Of a stretch of 64,000 nucleotides of DNA, positions 18,022-28,172 are shown in pieces; positions within the stretch are counted from its first letter, which is position 1, and each line of letters opens with the position of its first letter. This stretch comes from Candidatus Lustribacter sp. GTDB taxonomy: Bacteria; Vulcanimicrobiota; Vulcanimicrobiia; Vulcanimicrobiales; Vulcanimicrobiaceae. A program made the translations under genes and the position numbers. The notes under the pieces are model-generated. The model made no database searches. It was not told the origin of the DNA and worked only from the letters and a program-made list of their open reading frames with translations. The stretch spans positions 672,001 through 736,000 of the forward strand of contig OZ255842.1 of NCBI GenBank assembly GCA_965277805.1, written 5' to 3'.

Positions 18022-19769
18022 TAGGGTTGACGCCGTTGCGCGCGCAACGCCGCGGTGGCCGCGTCGTCGACCGTTTTGTCGGCCTTGAAGACCACGCCAT
18101 AGTCGTCACGCGCAGCGTCGACGGTGATGAGCTCGTCGAGTACGTCGCTGCGCACGCTGGCCGGATCGCGGTCGAGCGGGTTGCCCCAGCCGCCGCCGCC
18201 GGCCGTTTCGACGACGACCGATGCGCCGGCGGGGAAGTTCGTGCGGTACGGGTCTTCGTTTGCGAACGGCTCGTCTTTGGTGCGCCGTGCGCGGTTGAGC
18301 GACGCCTCGCCGCTGCCGCCCCCGAAGACGCCCCACGGCGGCAGCTTGCGGCGGCCGTTGTTGCTGAGGCTCCAGCTGCCTTCGAGCAAATTGGTGAACT
18401 GTGTCGCCATGCCGAGGCCGCCGCGGAACTTGCCCGCGCCGCCCGAGCCTTCGCGCAGCGAACGCCGGTCGACGCGCACGGGCGACTTCAGCTCGATCGT
18501 TTCGATCGGCGTGTTGCGCACGTCGCCTTGGCAGACCGACACCGACGCCGATGGGCCGTCGGCATTGGGACGCGCACCCCAGCCGCCGCCCTCGATCGTT
18601 TGCAGCACGAAGGCGTTGCCGGTTTTCGGATCGCGGCCGAAAAACGCGACGCCGCCGCCGAGCGTGCCCAAATGCGCGGCGGGCGTGCGTTCGGGCATCG
18701 CGGGCGCAAGCGCTTTGACGATCGTGTCGACCATCGTCGGCAGCGCGCGGCTCCAGCCGGCCATCGGCGCGGGGAAGCGCGCCATCAGCATGTTGCCTTC
18801 TTGAATCTCGACTTTGAGCGCGCGGAACGAGCCTTCGTTGACCGGCTCGAGCGGCCCGGTGATGCCCTTGTAGGCGATGTACGGGGCCGCCAGCGTGCGC
18901 GCATTCATCCCGCCCTTGCGTTCGAGCGAGGACTTCGTGAGATCGATCGTCATGTCGGTGCCGCTCACCGTAACGATGACGCGTAAGGGAACGGTCGAGG
19001 TGCGATCGAAGCCGTCGTTGTCCATGTAGGACTCGGCTTCGTAGACGCCATCGGGGATCTCGCCGACGACGAGCCGGCACTTACGCTCGGTCTCATCGAA
19101 GATCGTCTCGATCGAACGCGAGATCGTGTCGCGCCCGTAGCGCGTGTAGAGCTCCTCGAGCCGGCGCTCGGCCAGCTTGCACGCGGCGATCTGCGAGCGC
19201 ATGTCGCCCATCGCGGCATCCGGATAGCGGATGTTGTCGCGGATGATCGCGAGCACTTTTTCGTCGGGCACGCCGCGCTCGTAGATCTTGATCTGATTGA
19301 ACTGCAGGCCTTCCATCCACGGGTCGGCGACGTTCTGCGCGCCGAAGCCCGTGCTCATGCCGCCGACGTCGCCCCAGTGCGCGCGCACGATCGCAAACGC
19401 GGTCAGGACGCCGTCGACGAAGAAGGGCGTATAGATGCAGACGTTGTTGAGGTGCTGACCCGAGACGCGCTGATGGTTCATCAAGAGCACGTCGCCCGGC
19501 GCGAAGCCGTCGCGCCCGTAGTGCTCGATGCCGTCTTTGATCACGACGCCGAGATCGGCTACGAAGTGCGACACGCCGCCGATGTTCTGCGAGATCAAAC
19601 GCCCGTCGGTGTCGAGCAGCGCGCAGCAGTAATCGCGGATCTCGTAGATCATCATGTTGTACGAGGTGCGCTGCAGGTCGACCGACATCTCGTCGGCGAT
19701 CGCCGGAAACGCGTTGCGCAGCACCTCGAGCGTGACCGGATCGAGGCGCGCGGGTTGTTCGGCGATCAT
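18021..19769 (-). CDS. Hydantoinase B/oxoprolinase-family subunit
   Basis: LDPVTLEV, HLNN, AHWGDVGG, GGAGKFRGG and TAGGGGWGNPLDR. ATGA overlap with the A subunit. Confidence 0.92.
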   Translation of the reverse strand: MIAEQPARLDPVTLEVLRNAFPAIADEMSVDLQRTSYNMMIYEIRDYCCALLDTDGRLISQNIGGVSHFVADLGVVIKDGIEHYGRDGFAPGDVLLMNHQRVSGQHLNNVCIYTPFFVDGVLTAFAIVRAHWGDVGGMSTGFGAQNVADPWMEGLQFNQIKIYERGVPDEKVLAIIRDNIRYPDAAMGDMRSQIAACKLAERRLEELYTRYGRDTISRSIETIFDETERKCRLVVGEIPDGVYEAESYMDNDGFDRTSTVPLRVIVTVSGTDMTIDLTKSSLERKGGMNARTLAAPYIAYKGITGPLEPVNEGSFRALKVEIQEGNMLMARFPAPMAGWSRALPTMVDTIVKALAPAMPERTPAAHLGTLGGGVAFFGRDPKTGNAFVLQTIEGGGWGARPNADGPSASVSVCQGDVRNTPIETIELKSPVRVDRRSLREGSGGAGKFRGGLGMATQFTNLLEGSWSLSNNGRRKLPPWGVFGGGSGEASLNRARRTKDEPFANEDPYRTNFPAGASVVVETAGGGGWGNPLDRDPASVRSDVLDELITVDAARDDYGVVFKADKTVDDAATAALRAQRRQP

Positions 19770-21820
19770 GCGTTTGCTCCAATGGTTACGATCATTTCGC
19801 CGCCGTCGGCGACCGTCATCGCATCGCCCGCCAATAGCACGGTCGTCGATGCGTATTCCCAAATGATGGCGGGGCCGGCGACCTTCGATCCCGGCGGCAG
19901 TTTGTCGCGGTCGTAAACCGGACACTCCACCGGATGTTCGGGATCGTCGAGCACGACCGGGTTGCGCGCGAAGAGCGCATCGCCCGCGCCGCTCTCGATA
20001 CGCGGAAAGCTGAGCCGTTCGCGGCGCCCGTTGACGGTGAGGCGCAAGTTCACCACCTCGACCGGTTCGTTCACCGCTTGATGACCGTAACGGCGATCGT
20101 GCAGCTCGTCGAACGACCGCCGGATGCGCTCCGGATCGCCGCTGCGCAGGTCCTCATCGCTGACCGGCGTTTGGATCGGGAACTCCTGGCCCACGTAACG
20201 CACGTCGAGGAAACGCTGCACGGCCATCGCTTCGGGAGCGGTGCCCTCGTCGGCGAGCAGCGCTTTACCGTCGGCGATCATCTCATCGAAGACGCGCGTC
20301 ATGTCGGCGAAATCGGCGGAGAGCAGCGGCTTGTAGTACGTGCGCACGTAGTCGTGACGCAGATCGGCCATCAGCATACCGAAGGCGGAGAAGTGTCCCG
20401 GGACGCGCGGCACGATCAGCGTCGGAATGTGCAGTTCGCGCGCGATCTCGGCCGCGTGCAGCCCGCCGGCGCCGCCGAAGCCGAGCAGCGCGAAATCGCG
20501 CGGATCGTAGCCGCGCGCGACCGAGACGCCGCGCACGGCGAGCGACATCTCCGCGATCGCGATCTTGATGATGCCGAGCGCGGCTTCGTTGACGGAGATC
20601 CCGAGCGGCTCGGCGATCTTCCGGCGAATACTCTCGCGCGCCGCTTGGACGTTCAGCGGCATCTCGCCGCCGAGAAAGCGTTCGGCAATCACGCGCCCGA
20701 GCGCGACGTTGGCATCGGTGACGGTCGGTTCCGTGCCGCCTTGACCGTAGGCGACGGGACCCGGATGACCGCCCGCACTGCGCGGCCCGACTTTCAGCGC
20801 CCCGACCTGATCGATCCAGGCGATGCTGCCGCCGCCGGCGCCGACCTCGATGATGTCGACGACCGGCAGCATCACCGGATGCCCGCTCGCGATGCCGCCG
20901 ATAAAGTACCCTTGCGCGATATCCGGTTCGCTGTTTTGCACGAGGCTGACTTTGGCGGTTGTGCCGCCCATGTCGAACGCGATCACGTTGGCATAGCCGA
21001 GCCGGCTGCCGACTTCGGCCGCGGCGATGATGCCGCCGACCGGGCCCGATTCCATCATCGCGACCGGAATGCGCTTCGCGGTTGCCGGCGACATCGTGCC
21101 GCCGTTCGACTGCATGATCAAGAGGCGTCCGCCGAACGAAAACGATTCGAGCAGACCTTCGAGATCGGAGAGATACTTGCTGACGCGCGGCCCGACGTAG
21201 GAGTTCAGGACCGTCGTCGAGGTGCGTTCGTACTCGCGGTATTCGCGCAGGATGTCGTGCGAGAGCGAGCGGTACACGTCCGGCGCGAGATCGGCGAAGA
21301 TTTCGCCGACGGCAACTTCGTGATCGGGGTTCGCCCACGAGTGCAGGAAGCAGACGGCCACCGACTCGATGTCCTCAGCATTCAAGCGCTTGGCGAGCGC
21401 GCGCGCGCCGTCGCGTTCGAGTACGGTAACGACGTCGCCCGACGCGTTGAGGCGTTCGACGATTTCGTGGGTGTCGCGACGCGGGACGTAAGGCGTCGGG
21501 CGTTCGAAGAAGAGGTTGTAGGCTTCGGGGCGGTTGCCGCGTCCGATGCTGTAGACGTCGCGCGTGCCTTCGGTGACGACCAGTGCCGTGCGCGCCCCGG
21601 TACGTTCGATCGCGGTGTTGATTGCTACGGTCGAACCGTGAATGAACGTTTCCGCATCTTGCATCGGCAGGCCGCTCTTCGCAAGCGTCTCGCGGATGCC
21701 GACGGCAAGGTCGTACGGAGTCGTGGAGCTCTTGGCGTGATGAATCGAGCCGTTCATCAGGTCGAACGCGACCAAATCGGTGAATGTGCCGCCGATATCG
21801 AGTGCAATGACCAACGACAA
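19766..21820 (-). CDS. Hydantoinase A/oxoprolinase-family ATP-binding subunit
   Basis: DIGGTFTD, ESGPVGG, DMGGTT and GAGGGSIA. TTG start at 21820 follows a GGAG. Confidence 0.92.
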   Translation of the reverse strand: MSLVIALDIGGTFTDLVAFDLMNGSIHHAKSSTTPYDLAVGIRETLAKSGLPMQDAETFIHGSTVAINTAIERTGARTALVVTEGTRDVYSIGRGNRPEAYNLFFERPTPYVPRRDTHEIVERLNASGDVVTVLERDGARALAKRLNAEDIESVAVCFLHSWANPDHEVAVGEIFADLAPDVYRSLSHDILREYREYERTSTTVLNSYVGPRVSKYLSDLEGLLESFSFGGRLLIMQSNGGTMSPATAKRIPVAMMESGPVGGIIAAAEVGSRLGYANVIAFDMGGTTAKVSLVQNSEPDIAQGYFIGGIASGHPVMLPVVDIIEVGAGGGSIAWIDQVGALKVGPRSAGGHPGPVAYGQGGTEPTVTDANVALGRVIAERFLGGEMPLNVQAARESIRRKIAEPLGISVNEAALGIIKIAIAEMSLAVRGVSVARGYDPRDFALLGFGGAGGLHAAEIARELHIPTLIVPRVPGHFSAFGMLMADLRHDYVRTYYKPLLSADFADMTRVFDEMIADGKALLADEGTAPEAMAVQRFLDVRYVGQEFPIQTPVSDEDLRSGDPERIRRSFDELHDRRYGHQAVNEPVEVVNLRLTVNGRRERLSFPRIESGAGDALFARNPVVLDDPEHPVECPVYDRDKLPPGSKVAGPAIIWEYASTTVLLAGDAMTVADGGEMIVTIGANA

Positions 21821-21915
21821 AGAAGTTCTCCGCACGGGCGCCAAAAAGGGAGTATCTTTCTTCTAGTGTCGCTAAAAGGAGCCTCCCGCATACCGCTCGC
21901 CCGGGGCCCGCAAAC

Positions 21916-23202
21916 ATGAGTTCTACAACGTCGCAAGACTACGCGTCGCAGCTCTGCGCGGCGCTCATGGAAGTCCTCGCGACAGATCACACACTGAAAC
22001 ATGTCTTGCAACGTTTGAACGCAAGCGGTCTTCGGCCGCCGTCGGGCGCCGCGTGGGACGAACGCGAACTGACCGCGACGCTCGCAGCGCTCGCTCCGGT
22101 ACCGGAAAAGACCGCCGCCGGACCGGTCTTTACGGCCGATTGGGACCCGCAGCGGGCGCAGCCTTCAACGTCTTCGCAAAAACTGAAAGCGCCGTCGCCG
22201 GCAGCGCGCGCCGAGTTCTTGCTCAAATACGGGTTGCGCAACAAGTGGTACGTCGTCGCGTCGTCCGATGAGGTGACGGCGGCGCCGCTCGGCGTGAAGC
22301 GTTTGGGCGAGAACCTCGTGCTGTGGCGCGATACGGCCGGACGCGTGCATGCGCTCGAAGACCGCTGCCCGCATCGCGGCATCGCCTTGTCAATCGGCGA
22401 GCTGCGCGACGGTTTGCTCACCTGCGCGTATCACGGCGTGCAGGTCGACGATTACGGTAAGGTCGCGCGCGTTCCGGCTCTGCCCGGCTGTGCGCTCGAA
22501 GGCAAGACATTGATCAAGAGCTATCCGGTCATCGAGCACTATCAAGCCGTCTGGGCGTACTTCGGCGACGAACGGCATCCCGAGCCGCTGCCGCTCGAAC
22601 TTCCCGACGAACTGATCTCACCCGAATGGACCGGCGTGATCCACACCGACGTGTGGAACGGCGACTACCGTTACGTATGGGACAACCTCGTCGATCCGAT
22701 GCATGGGCCGTATCTGCACAGCCAAACCTACACGCAATCGCGCGGGCCGAAGAACGACGACGTCGCGGTAAAAGAAACCGGTCACGGCTTTCAGATCTAT
22801 CGCGAAGGCCAGCGCGGCGTGAACCTCGACTGGATCGAGTTCGTCGACGCGGGCACGGCGATGTATTCGCGCGTTGAAATCCCGATGCCGCCGAATGCCG
22901 GGCCGGGCGGGTTCATGGGCATCATCTTTTTCCCCACTCCGATCGACGAAGGCCACACGCGCGTCAACGTCTGGCGTTTACGCAAGGTATCGGGCTGGGA
23001 GCGCAACTTGTGGCACTTCCTGTTCAAGTACCGCATCCTCGGTTTCGTGAACGCGGTGCTCGAACAGGACAAGAACGCGCTGGCCTTCATGCCGGCGTGG
23101 CCGGCGCCCGAACGTCTGTATCTGCACGACGTGGGCATCACGAAGCTGCGTAAACTGATGCGCGAAGAAGCCAAAATCCAAGCCAAGGAGTTCGCTCGAT
23201 GA
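21916..23202 (+). CDS. Rieske oxygenase alpha subunit with an N-terminal recombinase-like HTH domain fusion
   Basis: Residues ~1-60 read LQRLNASGLRPPSGAAWDE, followed by a linker, then GLRNKWY, CPHRG...CAYHG and DNLVDPMHGPYLH. Confidence 0.85.
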   Translation: MSSTTSQDYASQLCAALMEVLATDHTLKHVLQRLNASGLRPPSGAAWDERELTATLAALAPVPEKTAAGPVFTADWDPQRAQPSTSSQKLKAPSPAARAEFLLKYGLRNKWYVVASSDEVTAAPLGVKRLGENLVLWRDTAGRVHALEDRCPHRGIALSIGELRDGLLTCAYHGVQVDDYGKVARVPALPGCALEGKTLIKSYPVIEHYQAVWAYFGDERHPEPLPLELPDELISPEWTGVIHTDVWNGDYRYVWDNLVDPMHGPYLHSQTYTQSRGPKNDDVAVKETGHGFQIYREGQRGVNLDWIEFVDAGTAMYSRVEIPMPPNAGPGGFMGIIFFPTPIDEGHTRVNVWRLRKVSGWERNLWHFLFKYRILGFVNAVLEQDKNALAFMPAWPAPERLYLHDVGITKLRKLMREEAKIQAKEFAR

Positions 23203-24305
23203 GTTCGCTGGACGCGCTGAAGGCCAATCTTCACGATCGCCTGAGCACGCACAAGGCGCCGTTTCACGGCGTCGACGTCACCGCATCGGCGGCGGCGATC
23301 GATGCGCTGACGAATACCGAGCCCGATCATTGGGCCGACGTATGGTTGCGTGCGGCGATGCCGTTTGAAGAAGAAGCGCGCAAACGCCAGCAGGCCGGTG
23401 ACCACGCCGCCGCGCGCGCGGCATTTCTTAATGCGTACGGTCTGCTGCACGCGGGTCGCTTTCCGTCGCCGACGCATCCGGCGAAGTGGGCGAACTACCA
23501 GCGTTCGGTGCAGAACTTCCGCGCGGCCGGTGCGTACTTCGATCCGCCGCTCGAAGTGATCACGATTCCCTTCGCCGGCCGGGCCGATGAAGGCAAGCAG
23601 ATCACGTTCTACATTCGCCGCCGGACAGGCACGAAGCAGCCGGTCGTCATCCGCTGGGGCGGCGTCGACACATGGAAAGAAGAGCGCACCGACTACAACG
23701 AGGCGATGCTCGACGCCGGGTTCGCGTCGATCAACATCGACATGCCCGGCGTGGGCGAATCGCCGGTGATGGGTTCCGTCGATGCCGAGCGCCAGTATGC
23801 GCCGCTCTTCGATTGGATCGCGACGCAGAGCGATCTCGATGCGGAGCGCGTCGTGGTGGTCGGGATGTCGTACGGCGGCTACTGGGCGACCAAGATCGCG
23901 CACACCTATCCCGATCGCGTCGCCGGGGTGGTCAATTGGGGCGGCGGCATCGATCGTTTCTTCAGCCGCGACTGGAATCTCAAGTCGGCTTCGGCGCCGA
24001 GCTATCTGATGGATCTGAGCCTCACGCGCGCGCGCACCGTCGGCGCGAAGTCGTACGATGAGTACATCGAACGCGTCAAAGATTTTTCGCTCGTCGCGCA
24101 GGGCGTGCTCGACCGGCCGCACGCGCCGATGCTGATCGTCAACGGCCGCGACGATCAGCAAGTGCCCTTTGACGATATGCTGGTGCTGCTCGAACACGGC
24201 TCGCCCAAGGCCGCGCGCTTTTTCCCGGGCGGTCACATGGGCTACGGCCCGCAAACCTTCCCCACGGTGCTCGCTTGGATCAAGCGTCAGGCGCGTATCG
24301 CATGA
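23199..24305 (+). CDS. Alpha/beta hydrolase, FrsA/2,6-dihydroxy-pseudo-oxynicotine hydrolase-like
   Basis: GGVDTWKE, DMPGVGES, GMSYGG nucleophile elbow, GRDD and GGHMG. Confidence 0.85.
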   Translation: MSSLDALKANLHDRLSTHKAPFHGVDVTASAAAIDALTNTEPDHWADVWLRAAMPFEEEARKRQQAGDHAAARAAFLNAYGLLHAGRFPSPTHPAKWANYQRSVQNFRAAGAYFDPPLEVITIPFAGRADEGKQITFYIRRRTGTKQPVVIRWGGVDTWKEERTDYNEAMLDAGFASINIDMPGVGESPVMGSVDAERQYAPLFDWIATQSDLDAERVVVVGMSYGGYWATKIAHTYPDRVAGVVNWGGGIDRFFSRDWNLKSASAPSYLMDLSLTRARTVGAKSYDEYIERVKDFSLVAQGVLDRPHAPMLIVNGRDDQQVPFDDMLVLLEHGSPKAARFFPGGHMGYGPQTFPTVLAWIKRQARIA

Positions 24306-24556
24306 GCACCTACACGCTGCAAAAACTATTGCGCGACGTCAACCGGAATCCGGTCCTGCGCGACCGGTATTTCACGGAGAGAGACGCGTTCGTTGCGGAC
24401 TACGCGCTCACGCCGGAAGAGCGCAGCGCCGTGCTGGCGTTCGACGTTCAAAAACTCTACGCGCTGGGCGTGCACGGTCTGCTCTTGCGCCCGTTCACGA
24501 TCATTCACAAGATGAGCGAGCCGGATTATCTGCGCGCGATCCGGGGAGAAGCCTGA
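24302..24556 (+). CDS. Extradiol dioxygenase small subunit, LigA-like
   Basis: 84 aa with YALTPEERSAV...LYALGVHGLLL. Overlaps the start of the LigB-like gene. Confidence 0.8.
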   Translation: MSTYTLQKLLRDVNRNPVLRDRYFTERDAFVADYALTPEERSAVLAFDVQKLYALGVHGLLLRPFTIIHKMSEPDYLRAIRGEA

Positions 24557-25371
24557 TGCCGATCGTCTTTGCCGCCGCCGTGAGTCACGCGCCGGGGATC
24601 ACCGCGTGGCCCGAAGCTGCACCGGCCGAGCAACGCGAGAACCTCTACGCCGGCTTCGGCCGGCTTGCCGCCGATCTCCGCTCAGCGCGCGCGGATGCGG
24701 TCGTGCTGCTGACCTCGGAGCACTGGGTGAACTTTTTCCTCGATCACGTCGGCGCGTTTTGCGTCGGCCGGGCCGAGGCGTATAGCGGGCCGGTCGAACC
24801 GTTTCTGCGCATCGATCGCCGCGTGCAGGCGGGTGCGGGCGAACTCGGCGGACGCATCGTTTCCGCCGCTTACGAAAACGGGTTCGAACCAAGCTACTCG
24901 TTCGATCTCGAGTTCGATCACGGCTCGATCGTGCCGCTGCACCTGCTCGAGATCGGCAAGGACGTGCCGGTCGTGCCGATTTTCTTCAACACGCTGGTAG
25001 CGCCGCAGCCGTCGGCCGCGCGCTCCTACGATTTCGGCCGCGTGATCGGTCAAGCGCTGGGGCGGGAACCGCAGCGCATCGCGCTGATCGCGAGCGGCGG
25101 TCTCTCGCACGATCCGGGTGAGTTGCGCCACGGTATCATCGACTCGTCGTTCGACGATCTGTTCATGCAGCGCATGGCACGCGGCGACGCCGCCGGTTTG
25201 CGCGGTTACAGCAATGCCGATTTCGCGGCGGCCGGCGCGGGCGCGTATGAACTCTTGGCTTGGATCGCGCTGCAAGGCGCGCTCGAGGGCGCGCGCGGAC
25301 AGAAGCTCGCCTACGAGGCGGTTGTCCCGTGGGCCACGGGCATGGGGCTTATGGAATTCGAGATCGCATGA
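24556..25371 (+). CDS. Class III extradiol ring-cleavage dioxygenase, LigB-like
   Basis: SHAP, SEHWVNFF, FDHG, SGGLSH and YELLAW; the metal and catalytic residues are all present. Confidence 0.88.
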   Translation: MPIVFAAAVSHAPGITAWPEAAPAEQRENLYAGFGRLAADLRSARADAVVLLTSEHWVNFFLDHVGAFCVGRAEAYSGPVEPFLRIDRRVQAGAGELGGRIVSAAYENGFEPSYSFDLEFDHGSIVPLHLLEIGKDVPVVPIFFNTLVAPQPSAARSYDFGRVIGQALGREPQRIALIASGGLSHDPGELRHGIIDSSFDDLFMQRMARGDAAGLRGYSNADFAAAGAGAYELLAWIALQGALEGARGQKLAYEAVVPWATGMGLMEFEIA

Positions 25372-25408
25372 GCAGGACGCGTTCGCAGCGACCGCGATTG
25401 GATTCATT

Positions 25409-26350
25409 ATGAATCGTCGAACCGCACTTGGCCTGACCGCGGCGGCGGTCGCCGGCCCGTCGTTCGCGGGCGCGCAAACGCTGATCTCGCTGCACATCGC
25501 CGGGGTTCCGGAGGATTCGATCACGCCGGCCGTTTGGGCGGCGCAGAACGGAATCTTCCGCAAGCACGGTCTCGATGTGCAGCTCGAAGCGCAGCACAGC
25601 GGATCGGCCGTGACGGCCGGCGTTGCCGGCGGCAGCTACCAGTTCGGCAAGTCGAGCATGATCTCGATGCTGGTCGCGCACGCGCACAACATCCCGGTCG
25701 TGATCGTCGCGCCGGGCGGCTTGTATCAAGCGAGCGATGCGAACGAAGCGATCATCGTCAAGTCCGATTCGCCGATCCGGACCGGCGCCGACCTCAACGG
25801 CAAGATCGTGGCGTGTTCCGCAATCAACGATCTCTACATGATCGGGACGCGCGCTTGGGCCGACTCGCACGGCGGCGACTCATCGACGATCAAGTTCGTC
25901 GAGCTGCCGATCTCGGCCGTCGCGGCGGCGCTCGACACCGGCCGCATCGATGCCGGCGCCACGATCGACCCCGATCTGCAGCAGGCCCTGAATACCGGCA
26001 AAGTGCGCGCCCTGCTCGATCCCAACGGAGCGATCGCACCGCGTTTCATGTATACTGGATGGATGGCAACTACCGATTACGTGCGCGCGAATGCATCGAC
26101 GGTCGCGAAATTCCGGGAGGCGCTGATCGAATCGGCGCGCTACGTCAACGGGCATTTCCCGCAGACGTCTGAGATGATGTCGAAGTTCACCGACGTGCCG
26201 GCGGCCGTGTTCAACTCGATGCCGCGCGTGCTCGGCGCGCTGAGCGTCGATGCGAAGCTGCTTCAGCCGCTGATCGACACGTGCGCGAAGTACAAGGCGA
26301 TCCCCGCGCCGTTCGATGCGCGCGAGCTGATCGATCCGGCGCTCCGATGA
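25409..26350 (+). CDS. ABC substrate-binding protein, NMT1/SsuA class, Tat-type signal
   Basis: MNRRTALG, GIFRKHGLDV, DLNGK and GRIDA. Confidence 0.88.
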   Translation: MNRRTALGLTAAAVAGPSFAGAQTLISLHIAGVPEDSITPAVWAAQNGIFRKHGLDVQLEAQHSGSAVTAGVAGGSYQFGKSSMISMLVAHAHNIPVVIVAPGGLYQASDANEAIIVKSDSPIRTGADLNGKIVACSAINDLYMIGTRAWADSHGGDSSTIKFVELPISAVAAALDTGRIDAGATIDPDLQQALNTGKVRALLDPNGAIAPRFMYTGWMATTDYVRANASTVAKFREALIESARYVNGHFPQTSEMMSKFTDVPAAVFNSMPRVLGALSVDAKLLQPLIDTCAKYKAIPAPFDARELIDPALR

Positions 26351-27303
26351 GCGCGACGCGACGGACGTTTCTGGCCGGCGGCGCCGCGTTTGCGGCAAGC
26401 TCGCAGCTCGCGCGGGCGCAGGGTCTGCCGAAGGTCGTCGTGGGCTCATCGACGATCGACGCGGCGTCGGCCCTGATCTCCGCCCAGCACAACGGGTACT
26501 TCACGAAGAACGGCCTCGACGTCGAGATCATCACCGGCAGCGGTGCGGCGAGTGCGGCCGCCATCGCCGGCGGCACGATGCAGTTCGCCGCCTCGAATAT
26601 CGTCACGCTGATCAAAGCGCACTTGCAAGGCATCCCGTTCCTGATGGTTGCGCCGAGCAGCATGTACATCAGCACGAGCCCGACGCAAGTGCTCTGCACG
26701 CGCACTGACAGCGGTTTCAAGACCGCGGCCGATCTCAACGGCAAGACGATCGCGGTGACCGCGATCGGCGATTTGCTCTCGACGTCGACGATCGCCTGGA
26801 TCAACAAGAACGGCGGTGACGCGAGCACCGTGAAGCTGGTGGAATTTCCGCCCGCGGCGCAAGCAACCGCACTCGAGGCCGGGCGCGTCCAAGGCGCGAC
26901 GCTGGCGGAACCGTTTCTCTCGCAGGCGATCGATACCGGTACCGTGCGGATCTTCGGCAACATCTTCGAGGCGATCGCGCCGAGCTTTTTGGTCGCCGCG
27001 TATTTCGGTAATGCCGACTGGATGAAGGCCAACCCCGATCTCGTCCGCCGGTTTGCCCAATCGATGCTGCAAGGCAGCGCCTTCGCCAATGCACATCCCG
27101 ATCAAACGCTGCCGTGGCTGGTCGAGTTCGCAAAGCTCGATCCCAATGTGATCAAGCACGCCCGCCGCGAACACTTCGGCACCTCGATGGATCCGGGGCC
27201 GATCCAAACGGAAATCGACGCGCTCGCGCGCATCAAGATGATCGATCATAGCTTCGACGCCCGGGACATGATCAGCCCGGCCGTCTTGAACCTGCGAGCA
27301 TGA
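26347..27303 (+). CDS. ABC substrate-binding protein, NMT1/SsuA class, Tat-type signal
   Basis: TRRTFL, GYFTKNGLDV and DLNGKTIA. Confidence 0.88.
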   Translation: MSATRRTFLAGGAAFAASSQLARAQGLPKVVVGSSTIDAASALISAQHNGYFTKNGLDVEIITGSGAASAAAIAGGTMQFAASNIVTLIKAHLQGIPFLMVAPSSMYISTSPTQVLCTRTDSGFKTAADLNGKTIAVTAIGDLLSTSTIAWINKNGGDASTVKLVEFPPAAQATALEAGRVQGATLAEPFLSQAIDTGTVRIFGNIFEAIAPSFLVAAYFGNADWMKANPDLVRRFAQSMLQGSAFANAHPDQTLPWLVEFAKLDPNVIKHARREHFGTSMDPGPIQTEIDALARIKMIDHSFDARDMISPAVLNLRA

Positions 27304-28172
27304 TCGAGGTCGTTGCGTTCGACGAGGTACCGTGGGGTTCGCTCGGAACCCACCGCGAGTATCACATCGAGATCAAGACGCCGATCTTCGGAACGGAAGG
27401 CGCGCCCGACAACTTCCGCGTGACGTTCAATCGCGGCCTCGGCGGCACCGAACACCAGCCGCGCCATCGCCACAACTTCGATCAGATCCGGATGCCGCTC
27501 AGCGGGCGCGTGAGCATCGGTCCGCGCCGCTGGATCGAAGCGGGCCAGATCGGATACTTTCCGGAGGGCCTGCACTACGGTCCGACCGAGGATCATCGCG
27601 ACGTCGGCACGAGCGGCTTCACGCTGCAGTTCGGCGGCGCGAGCGGTCTCGGCTTTATCAGCTCCGCGCAGATGAAGGCGGCGACCCGCGCGCTCGAAGG
27701 GCTCGGTACGTTTGAGAAGGGCTTGTTCTGGCATAAGACCGGCGGGCCGAAACCAAAACCGCAAGATGCGTTCGAAGCGATGTGGGAATACCTCAACGGC
27801 CGTAAGATCGAATATCCCAAACCGCGTTACAGCGATCAGATCATCATGCGGCCCGAGAACGCGGAGTGGCAACCGGTCGCGGGCACGCCGGGCGTGCTGA
27901 TCAAGTCGCTCGGGGATTTCACCGAACGGCACGTGTCGGTCACGATGCTGCGCGTTGAGCCGGGCGGCGTTGCGGCGATCGGCCCGCGTGCGGGCACGCA
28001 GGCCGGTATGGTGCTCAACGGCGCGGGGACGATTGACGGAAAGGCAGCGAGTGTGAATACGTTCGTGAAGATCGGGGCGGGCGCCGTTGCGAACGTCGCG
28101 ACGAGCGCGGGTCTCGAGATCGTGATCTTCGGTTTGCCGATCTTCGGCGCGGAGCGGAGCGTGGCAGCGTAA
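27300..28172 (+). CDS. Uncharacterised (bi)cupin-like protein
   Basis: PRHRHNFDQIR and GYFPEGLHYGP, with a second beta-rich half. Confidence 0.6.
   Translation: MIEVVAFDEVPWGSLGTHREYHIEIKTPIFGTEGAPDNFRVTFNRGLGGTEHQPRHRHNFDQIRMPLSGRVSIGPRRWIEAGQIGYFPEGLHYGPTEDHRDVGTSGFTLQFGGASGLGFISSAQMKAATRALEGLGTFEKGLFWHKTGGPKPKPQDAFEAMWEYLNGRKIEYPKPRYSDQIIMRPENAEWQPVAGTPGVLIKSLGDFTERHVSVTMLRVEPGGVAAIGPRAGTQAGMVLNGAGTIDGKAASVNTFVKIGAGAVANVATSAGLEIVIFGLPIFGAERSVAA

Noticed and set aside
19934-21919. Long antisense or off-frame ORFs (also 326-2011, 16390-18024, 56781-58313 and others)
   Set aside because: They are Arg/Ala-rich and motif-free and overlap well-supported genes, as expected in GC-rich DNA.
21916-22100. 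Recombinase or mobile element remnant
   Set aside because: Only a small helical domain is present, with no catalytic recombinase domain, att sites or terminal repeats.
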